A stretch of 24,937 nucleotides of DNA from a bacterium (GTDB lineage Bacteria > Margulisbacteria > WOR-1 > O2-12-FULL-45-9 > XYB2-FULL-48-7), in the NCBI GenBank assembly GCA_043812655.1, contig JBDRLW010000042.1:1-24937 (forward strand), read 5' to 3'. The position numbers were made by a program, and so were the translations under genes. Positions 8,254-15,319 of the stretch are shown here, piece after piece. The number at the start of each line of letters is the position of its first letter. Within the stretch, counting starts at the first letter, position 1. The notes under the pieces were generated by a model. The model did no database searches and was not told the origin of the DNA. It was given only the letters and a program-made list of their open reading frames with translations.

Positions 8254-11187
8254 ATGAAGTCTATTGTAGATCTCCTGATCCAATCTTCCTATTTCAAAAA
8301 CCGGCAAAACTTTTCCGGCCTAGTTGGGTCGGCAAAATCGGTGGTTCTTAGCCTAATTGCCAAGGAAGAAAAAAAACTACTGGTCATTACCTCGACCGTT
8401 GCCAATGCTGAAAAAATAAGACAAGAAATAAGCCTCCTTTCTGGCTTGGATCCGGCTATTTTTCCCTATCTTGATGAGGAGATCGCTCCGAGTAAAGAGT
8501 TGATCGGCCAGCGGCTGGAGATTTTAAGCGGCTGGCAGGAAAAGCGAGATCAAATTGTTATTGCGCCGCTCAAAGCGATGCTCTCAAAGAGCAGTAAAAA
8601 GTCTGTTAGTTTGTTAGTTGGTGAGGGGGAAGGATTAAGAATTGATGATTTGGTTGGTAAGCTGGTAAGTTACGATTACAAACGCTTTGATATTGTTGGG
8701 GAGAGGGGAGAGTTTAGCGTCCGGGGTGGTATCGTTGATATTTTCCCGGTTAATGCGCCGGCACCGATCCGCCTGGAATTTGCCGACAACCTAGTGGAAT
8801 CGGTCAGACAGTTCGATCCTTATTCGCAGCGCTCAACCCAAAAGATCAAAGAATACGCGATCGTTCCCGCCGCGGAAAAAGGGGAGGCTGCAGTTAGCGA
8901 ATTATTACCAAAAGAACTTACGATCATTCTTGATGAACCGGTGGAATTAGAGCGGACAGAAGGCTTTGCCAAGATCAAAAGCCTTGGGAAAATAATTCTT
9001 TCCAGCTTTTTAACCTCTGGGGAAGAACCGTTTTTTACTTCGCCACCCAGTTATCTTGGCAAGATCGAGGAAATACCGAAAAAAGCGATCATTGTCAGCC
9101 GCCACGCCCCCAGATTGAAAGAAGAATTGCCAGATGTCCAGATCATCCAAGGGGAACTTGACGGCGGGTTTATCTTTAACAACCAAGAGATCATTACCGA
9201 CCGCGAATTGTTTGGGGAAGGGAGTAGGCGGATAGGGAGTAGGGGGAAAGTAAAAGAGGGCGTGGCTGAAGAATTACTGGCTGATCTTAAAGTTGGCGAT
9301 TATGTTGTTCATGAAAATTATGGGATCGGAATTTATCAAGGGACGCAAACGCTCGATATCGATGGGATTAGCCAAGAATATCTTTATCTTCAATTTGCTG
9401 GGGAAGACAAGCTTTATGTTCCGCCGACGATGGCTGGGATGGTCGAAAAATATAGCGGGGCTGGAGAGGGAACACCAAGGTTATCTAAAATGGGGACGGG
9501 CGAATGGCGCAAGACGAGGAGCCGGGTTAAAAAAGAACTGAAAGATATGACCCGAGAACTCCTCGAGATCTATTCTTCCCGGCAAAAATATGAAGGATTT
9601 GCTTTTCCGCCCGATGATCTCTGGCAAAAAGAACTGGAAGCGACCTTTCCTTATGATGAGACCCCCGACCAGTTAAAGGCGATAAATAGCGTGAAAAAAG
9701 ATATGGAAGCCGGCCATCCGATGGACCGCTTGGTTTGCGGCGATGTTGGCTATGGCAAGACCGAAGTGGCGATCAGGGCGGCGGCCAAAGCGGCTTCTGC
9801 CGGCAAACAGGTAGCGATCCTAGCCCCGACGACGATCTTGGTTGAGCAGCATTACAATAACTTTAAAGAACGATTCAAAAATTTACCCTTTACGATTGAA
9901 ATGCTCTCCCGTTTCCGCTCGGCCAAAGAACAAAAGGAAGTGGTTAAAGGATTGGAGATCGGTGGCGTTGATATTGTGATCGGGACACATCGGCTCTTGT
10001 CCAAGGATATTAAATTTAAGGATATTGGCTTGCTTATCGTTGATGAAGAACAGAAGTTTGGCGTCGGCCACAAGGAAAAATTAAAGAGATGGCGTAAAAC
10101 TGTTGATGTTTTAACTTTGACCGCTACGCCGATCCCCAGGACGCTTTATTTTTCTCTTTCCGGCATCCGTGAATTCAGTTTGATCTCGACGCCGCCGGTT
10201 GACCGTTCACCAATTCGCACTTATGTCATACCTTTTAACGAAAAAGTGATCGGCGAGGCGATCGCCCGCGAGATCGATCGGGGTGGGCAGGTCTATTTTG
10301 TCCATAATTTTGTCGATTCGATCACGGGGATCGCGGCCAGGATAAAGAAATTGGTTCCGGGAGCAAGAGTAGCTGTTGGCCATGGACAAATGGACGAGAA
10401 AACGCTTGAAAAAACGATGTTGGGTTTTATGGCTAAAGAATATGATGTTTTGGTTTGCACCTCGATCATCGAATCAGGTCTCGATATTACGAATGTGAAT
10501 ACGATCTTAATCGACCACTCTGATCGGCTTGGCCTTTCCCAGCTTTATCAGATCAGGGGACGGGTCGGAAGGTCGGCGGCTAGGGCGTACGCCTATCTTT
10601 TTTATCATCCCGCACGGAGTTTAAGCGACCAAGCTCTTGCCAGGCTCAAAGCTATCCAGGAGTTTACCGTTTTGGGCTCTGGTTATAAGTTAGCGATGCG
10701 GGATCTAGAGATCAGGGGAGCCGGAAACTTGCTTGGAGCGGAACAATCAGGGCATATATATGAGGTTGGATTTGATCTCTATTGCCAATTGCTCGATGAA
10801 GCGGTTAAAGAGCTTAAGGGTGAGAAGGTGACGCCGATCAGGGAAGTTGAGGTTGACATTAAGGTGGCTGCCTCTATCCCATCAGATTATGTGACGGATG
10901 ATCGGCAAAGGATAGCCCTCTATCGCCGGCTTAACCTCGTGACGACCGAAGCGGGGATAAAAGAGCTTGGCCAGGAGATGGTTGACCGGTTTGGCAAGCT
11001 TCCCCCCGAAGTTGTGACGTTACTGCGGATCGTAGGGCTTAAAGTTAGGAGTTTGGAGTCGGGAGTTCGGAGTATAAGAGAGAAAGATCATCAGATCAGG
11101 ATCGAATATCAGTCGAAGCGGGTAAAAACTTTAAACTTGCCTGGCAAGAAATTCTTGGATAATTTTCGGGTCGCTGACTTCGACTAG
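8254..11187 (+). CDS. mfd: transcription-repair coupling factor (compact, 977 aa)
   Basis: UvrB-homology region (GEFSVRGGIVDIFP), RID (GDYVVHENYGIG), GDVGYGKTEVA, DEEQKFG, TATPIPRT, QIRGRVGRS, TRG motif DLEIRGAGNLLG, TRCF domain. Confidence 0.97.
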   Translation: MKSIVDLLIQSSYFKNRQNFSGLVGSAKSVVLSLIAKEEKKLLVITSTVANAEKIRQEISLLSGLDPAIFPYLDEEIAPSKELIGQRLEILSGWQEKRDQIVIAPLKAMLSKSSKKSVSLLVGEGEGLRIDDLVGKLVSYDYKRFDIVGERGEFSVRGGIVDIFPVNAPAPIRLEFADNLVESVRQFDPYSQRSTQKIKEYAIVPAAEKGEAAVSELLPKELTIILDEPVELERTEGFAKIKSLGKIILSSFLTSGEEPFFTSPPSYLGKIEEIPKKAIIVSRHAPRLKEELPDVQIIQGELDGGFIFNNQEIITDRELFGEGSRRIGSRGKVKEGVAEELLADLKVGDYVVHENYGIGIYQGTQTLDIDGISQEYLYLQFAGEDKLYVPPTMAGMVEKYSGAGEGTPRLSKMGTGEWRKTRSRVKKELKDMTRELLEIYSSRQKYEGFAFPPDDLWQKELEATFPYDETPDQLKAINSVKKDMEAGHPMDRLVCGDVGYGKTEVAIRAAAKAASAGKQVAILAPTTILVEQHYNNFKERFKNLPFTIEMLSRFRSAKEQKEVVKGLEIGGVDIVIGTHRLLSKDIKFKDIGLLIVDEEQKFGVGHKEKLKRWRKTVDVLTLTATPIPRTLYFSLSGIREFSLISTPPVDRSPIRTYVIPFNEKVIGEAIAREIDRGGQVYFVHNFVDSITGIAARIKKLVPGARVAVGHGQMDEKTLEKTMLGFMAKEYDVLVCTSIIESGLDITNVNTILIDHSDRLGLSQLYQIRGRVGRSAARAYAYLFYHPARSLSDQALARLKAIQEFTVLGSGYKLAMRDLEIRGAGNLLGAEQSGHIYEVGFDLYCQLLDEAVKELKGEKVTPIREVEVDIKVAASIPSDYVTDDRQRIALYRRLNLVTTEAGIKELGQEMVDRFGKLPPEVVTLLRIVGLKVRSLESGVRSIREKDHQIRIEYQSKRVKTLNLPGKKFLDNFRVADFD
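11048..11075 (+). repeat. 4x heptamer array GGAGTNN in-frame in the mfd TRCF domain
   Basis: GGAGTTT GGAGTCG GGAGTTC GGAGTAT. Confidence 0.7.
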
Positions 11188-11433
11188 TGGTTTGCCCTTA
11201 GGGCTTTTAATGATCAATCTATCGCCTTTGATCTCGATGTTTTTGGTTATTGATCCATCAGCCAGGTAGTTTGAGACCAAACATTTTAAAACTTCTGGGT
11301 TCATCTTATTGCCCAAAAACACTTTTGGCTCAATTACGAATTCTGTGTGCTTAGCCGCAATGATCGAGGCGTTGCCGGATTGTTTCCAGACGCCTTTTAT
11401 TAGATTTTCAAGTTTTTCTAATGTATTAGACAA
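11131..11433 (-). CDS. hypothetical protein
   Basis: 100-aa ORF, TTG start overlapping the upstream stop; 3' end overlaps mfd by 57 nt. Confidence 0.45.
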   Translation of the reverse strand: MSNTLEKLENLIKGVWKQSGNASIIAAKHTEFVIEPKVFLGNKMNPEVLKCLVSNYLADGSITKNIEIKGDRLIIKSPKGKPLVEVSDPKIIQEFLARQV

Positions 11434-11860
11434 GGGCTAATCCCTCCGATGCGAGGCTTTGTGGTTGCGGTTGGTTTAGATCAAGAATTAATCCCTTGGC
11501 TTCCGATTTGCCTTTTAATAGTTCTAACAGGACGGTAAAATTGCCAGCTAGTTGTTTAAGAGGAGCTCGACTGACCGGGGTTTTTTCGGCTATGTCTGTA
11601 GCGACCTCATTGCCGATCTTGACAGTGGTTCTAACGATCGCTGGAGCTTCCGGCAACTGGCGGGCAACCGTTTCTACCCCTTTAGTTAAGGTTCGATAAA
11701 GGTCATTGTGTGGGTCGGAGAGGCTTCTGGCGGAATCAATTATTGATCTGATCCTTTGGCTATCTAACGCAATCCTAGGGCCGCCAACACTGGGCATAGA
11801 CCGTTGGATATCTTTTGTGACACTAGCGACTTGATTTTTTATTTCAGATAATGGATTCAT
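11426..11860 (-). CDS. hypothetical protein
   Basis: 144-aa ORF starting 1 nt after the upstream stop; no recognised motif. Confidence 0.6.
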   Translation of the reverse strand: MNPLSEIKNQVASVTKDIQRSMPSVGGPRIALDSQRIRSIIDSARSLSDPHNDLYRTLTKGVETVARQLPEAPAIVRTTVKIGNEVATDIAEKTPVSRAPLKQLAGNFTVLLELLKGKSEAKGLILDLNQPQPQSLASEGLALV

Positions 11861-11861
11861 C

Positions 11862-12131
11862 TTAGGCGCTCCATTTCAGGTTGCCATTCTTTAGCTCGCG
11901 CTTTATGATCGACGCGATGTACGGCAATTCGTTGGGTTTAACATGGAACTTTTCGTGAAAATATCTCATAATTGTTTCAGCTTTGAGCTGGGGATTTAGG
12001 ATCGCTTTCTCGTCGGCCACGATCGGCGCGCCGTCGATCTTTAGCGTCCCTAATATATCAATAACCTCCATGGGCGATTTAAGCCCAAGAGCCTGGAGAT
12101 TAGGTCCTGATTGTTTTTGTGTTTCTGCCAT
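11862..12131 (-). CDS. hypothetical protein
   Basis: 89-aa ORF with ATG, purine-rich GAGAAG upstream, preceded by a sigma28-like motif. Confidence 0.7.
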   Translation of the reverse strand: MAETQKQSGPNLQALGLKSPMEVIDILGTLKIDGAPIVADEKAILNPQLKAETIMRYFHEKFHVKPNELPYIASIIKRELKNGNLKWSA

Positions 12132-12147
12132 ATGCTTCTCACTTATA

Positions 12148-12174
12148 TTATCGTGGCAAGGAGGCTAAAACTTG
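12148..12174 (-). promoter_or_regulatory. sigma28/FliA-like promoter CAAGTTTT-N11-CACGATAA
   Basis: Same architecture as the motifs at 1164-1190 and 5974-6000. Confidence 0.45.
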
Positions 12175-12201
12175 CATGGGATAGGGTGTATAATAGTAAG
12201 T

Positions 12202-12573
12202 ATGAGTACCGGTAAAAAGTTCGAAGAATTGGTCGAGATTGTGGCCAAACTGCGCCGGGAGTGCCCGTGGGACAGGGAACAGACGTTTGAGACCCTTAAG
12301 CCCTTCCTGATCGAAGAGGTCCACGAAGCGATCGAGGCGATCGATAACAAGGATTATAAGCATTTAGCTGAAGAGGTCGGCGACATGTTATTGCATGTAG
12401 TCATGCTCGGGGCGATAGCGGCAGAAAAGAAGCATTTTAAGATTGACGACGTGATTGAAGGGATCGGGGCGAAAATGATCCGCCGCCACCCTCATGTTTT
12501 TGGGAAGGCCAAGGCCAAGAATTCTAAGGAAGTCTTGAAGCTTTGGGAAAAGATCAAGAAGACTGAGAAGTAG
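12202..12573 (+). CDS. mazG: single-domain MazG-family nucleotide pyrophosphohydrolase
   Basis: LRRECPWDREQT, EEVHEAIEAI, EEVGDMLLHVV, KMIRRHPHVFG; ATG 12202 lies 7 nt after TATAAT (12189-12194). Confidence 0.9.
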   Translation: MSTGKKFEELVEIVAKLRRECPWDREQTFETLKPFLIEEVHEAIEAIDNKDYKHLAEEVGDMLLHVVMLGAIAAEKKHFKIDDVIEGIGAKMIRRHPHVFGKAKAKNSKEVLKLWEKIKKTEK

Positions 12574-12581
12574 CCCTCACG

Positions 12582-12597
12582 CCTGCCTGCAGGCAGG
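12582..12597. repeat. perfect 16-bp palindrome CCTGCCTGCAGGCAGG
   Basis: Self-complementary; intergenic between mazG and ftsH; no U-tract. Confidence 0.65.
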
Positions 12598-12606
12598 ACG
12601 AAAACA

Positions 12607-12615
12607 TGATATAAT
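12607..12615 (+). promoter_or_regulatory. extended -10 TGA TATAAT, 8 nt before the ftsH ATG
   Basis: Perfect TGnTATAAT, no SD. Confidence 0.6.
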
Positions 12616-12623
12616 TACTCAAT

Positions 12624-14426
12624 ATGAAGGCAAATTGGCGAGTTATTCTTACATATTTGGCGATCATAGTCATTGGCATTATGCTCTTTGGCCCATTTTT
12701 TGGTGTTGACCAAAAGTCAAAAGAGATCCCCTTTTCCAATTTTCTTGACCTGACTGACCAGGGTAAAGTTAAAGATGTTAAAATTGCCGGCGATCTTATT
12801 ACCGGCAACCTTACCGATAAAACCAAGTTTTCTACCCGGGCGATGAATTATCCTAATTTAGTTCCCCAACTTCGAGAAAAAGGGGTGGCGATCTCGGTTG
12901 ATATGCCGATGGAATCAAATTGGGCCTGGAATTTGTTCATTCAGCTGCTTGTGCCGATCGCGTTCTTTGGTTTCCTTTGGTGGATGATGATGAGGGGGGC
13001 GCAGGGAGCCAACTCCCAAGCGATCGCTTTTGGCAAGGGGAACATTAAACCGCTGGCCGGGAAAGTTAACGTTACTTTTGCCGATGTTGCTGGTGTTGAT
13101 GAAGCCAAAGAAGAATTAGTTGAGATAGTTGATTTTCTTAAGACACCAGAAAAATTCCAAGCGCTTGGCGCGAAAATTCCGAAAGGCTTGCTCCTGATGG
13201 GCCCTCCAGGAACCGGGAAAACATTGCTCGCCAGGGCGATCGCCGGTGAGGCTGGGGTGCCATTTTTCTCTATTTCCGGCTCCGACTTTGTCGAGATGTT
13301 TGTTGGCGTTGGCGCGGCCCGGGTCCGCTCGGTTTTTGATCAAGCGAAGAAACAAACTCCTTCCATTATCTTTATGGATGAAGTTGACGCGGTTGGGCGG
13401 CATCGCGGCGCGGGAGTCGGCGGTGGCCATGACGAACGCGAACAGACGCTTAACCAATTATTAGTTGAGATGGATGGGTTTGATCCCAAGACCAACGTTA
13501 TTGTTATTGCGGCGACTAATCGCCCCGATATTTTAGATCCAGCCCTCCTTCGTCCCGGCCGGTTTGACAGACGAGTGATCCTAGATAAGCCCGATCTAAA
13601 AGGGCGAGAAGATATCCTAAAGATCCACGCGAAGGGAAAACCTTTTGCCGCGGGGGTTGACTTAAAAACCATTGCCCGGCGGACACCAGGGTTTACCGGG
13701 GCCGACCTAGAAAACGCCTTGAACGAAGCGGCGATCCTAGCGGCGCGGCTAGAGAAAAAAGAGATCGGCAATGATGAGGTGGAAGAGGCGGTCGATCGGG
13801 TTATTGCCGGGCCGGAAAAGAAGAGCCGGGTTATTTCTGACCGGGAAAAACAAATTGTCGCTTACCATGAAGTTGGCCATGCGGTCCTATCACAAGTCTT
13901 ACCGAACGCTGATAAGGTCCATAAGATATCGATCTTGCCGCGGGGAATGGCGCTCGGCTATACCTTGCAACTGCCGTTGGAAGATAAATACCTAGTGACC
14001 AAAGGCCAAGCGGTTGATGAGATCACGGTTTTGATGGGTGGCCGGGTAGCCGAAGAGCTCTTTTTTGCCGAAGTTACGTCAGGGGCCCACAATGACCTGG
14101 AACGGGCGACAGACCTAGCCAAGCGAATGGTGACCGAGTTTGGCATGTCGGCTTTGGGTCCCCGGACTTTTGGCCGCAAAGACCGGCAGATCTTTTTAGG
14201 GCGTGATATCGCCGAGATGAAGGATTACAGCGAAAAGACAGCTGATGAGATTGACCACGAGATCGAAAAGATAATTAATGCTAGCCATCTTAAAGCCATG
14301 GAAATATTAACCAAGAATAAACCGCAGATGGAAAAAATGGCCAAGTTTTTGATCGAAAAAGAGACGCTGGAAAACAGCGATTTGGAAGATGTCCTGAAAG
14401 GGCTAGAAGGTCAAATTGCTAGTTGA
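12624..14426 (+). CDS. ftsH: ATP-dependent zinc metalloprotease FtsH
   Basis: Two TM helices, [35 protein letters not shown] zinc motif. Confidence 0.98.
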   Translation: MKANWRVILTYLAIIVIGIMLFGPFFGVDQKSKEIPFSNFLDLTDQGKVKDVKIAGDLITGNLTDKTKFSTRAMNYPNLVPQLREKGVAISVDMPMESNWAWNLFIQLLVPIAFFGFLWWMMMRGAQGANSQAIAFGKGNIKPLAGKVNVTFADVAGVDEAKEELVEIVDFLKTPEKFQALGAKIPKGLLLMGPPGTGKTLLARAIAGEAGVPFFSISGSDFVEMFVGVGAARVRSVFDQAKKQTPSIIFMDEVDAVGRHRGAGVGGGHDEREQTLNQLLVEMDGFDPKTNVIVIAATNRPDILDPALLRPGRFDRRVILDKPDLKGREDILKIHAKGKPFAAGVDLKTIARRTPGFTGADLENALNEAAILAARLEKKEIGNDEVEEAVDRVIAGPEKKSRVISDREKQIVAYHEVGHAVLSQVLPNADKVHKISILPRGMALGYTLQLPLEDKYLVTKGQAVDEITVLMGGRVAEELFFAEVTSGAHNDLERATDLAKRMVTEFGMSALGPRTFGRKDRQIFLGRDIAEMKDYSEKTADEIDHEIEKIINASHLKAMEILTKNKPQMEKMAKFLIEKETLENSDLEDVLKGLEGQIAS

Positions 14427-15273
14427 ATGTGTTCCCAACTTTTCTGAAGGAACTGACCAAACCCTAATTGATGAAATTATTGCCGCGGTAAAAACCGCCA
14501 AAATCCTTGACCTCCACTCTGACCCAGACCACAATCGCTCTGTTGTTACCATGATCGGCAATCCTCAAGATATCAAACAAGCCGCGTTCGATCTAACAGA
14601 GAGGGCAATGCAGCTGCTTGATGTTAAAAGCCATGCTGGAGTCCATCCATTTATTGGGGTAGTTGATGTTATGCCATTTATATCGATCGGGGAATGCCCT
14701 AAGTCCGAGGTCATACGTTTGGCCAATGAATTGGGACAAGATCTTTGGCAAAAATTAAAACTCCCGGTCTACTTTTACGGGGAAGCGGCGAAAATTACCG
14801 AAAGAAAAGAACTTCCTTATGTTCGTAAGGGTGGGTATAGTGTTCTTAAGCAAGAAATAGATGCTCCGCATCGCCGGCCAGATGTCGGCCATGGCTTGCA
14901 CCAGACAGCGGGAGCGGTGGCTGTTGGGGTGAGGGACTTTTTGATCGCCTTTAATGTTAATTTACGGACGACTGATGTTGATCTTGCTCGCTCGATCGCG
15001 AAGAACCTTAGGGTGGTAGGGGTTAGGGCGTTGGGGTTAGAATTGAAGAGCAGGGGGATCACCCAGGTTTCGATGAATATTGTCGATCACCCCAAGACAC
15101 CGCTTAAAACAGTTTTTGACGAAGTTAAAAAATGGGCAAAGGAATATCAGGTTGAAATAATTGAATCGGAAATTGTTGGGCTGATCCCCGCCTCCGCGGC
15201 ATTTGAAGGGATGAAGGATTATTTGAGGTTAAGAAGTTTTTCTGAAGAAAAGATATTGGAGAACTTGTACTGA
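14416..15273 (+). CDS. ftcd: glutamate formiminotransferase (FTCD N-terminal part only)
   Basis: [61 protein letters not shown]. Confidence 0.92.
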   Translation: MLVECVPNFSEGTDQTLIDEIIAAVKTAKILDLHSDPDHNRSVVTMIGNPQDIKQAAFDLTERAMQLLDVKSHAGVHPFIGVVDVMPFISIGECPKSEVIRLANELGQDLWQKLKLPVYFYGEAAKITERKELPYVRKGGYSVLKQEIDAPHRRPDVGHGLHQTAGAVAVGVRDFLIAFNVNLRTTDVDLARSIAKNLRVVGVRALGLELKSRGITQVSMNIVDHPKTPLKTVFDEVKKWAKEYQVEIIESEIVGLIPASAAFEGMKDYLRLRSFSEEKILENLY

Positions 15274-15300
15274 GAACCGCGACTTTTAGCCGCAGGTTCT
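15273..15300. repeat. imperfect hairpin AGAACCGCGACTTTTAGCCGCAGGTTCT
   Basis: Stem AGAACC/GGTTCT plus GCG/CGC around CTTTTAG; resembles IS200/IS605-end or REP-type hairpins. Confidence 0.45.
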
Positions 15301-15319
15301 GTTATAATTTATATACGCT

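Noticed and set aside
15274..15319. T-box leader for valS
   Set aside because: Spacer is only 46 nt, with no T-box sequence
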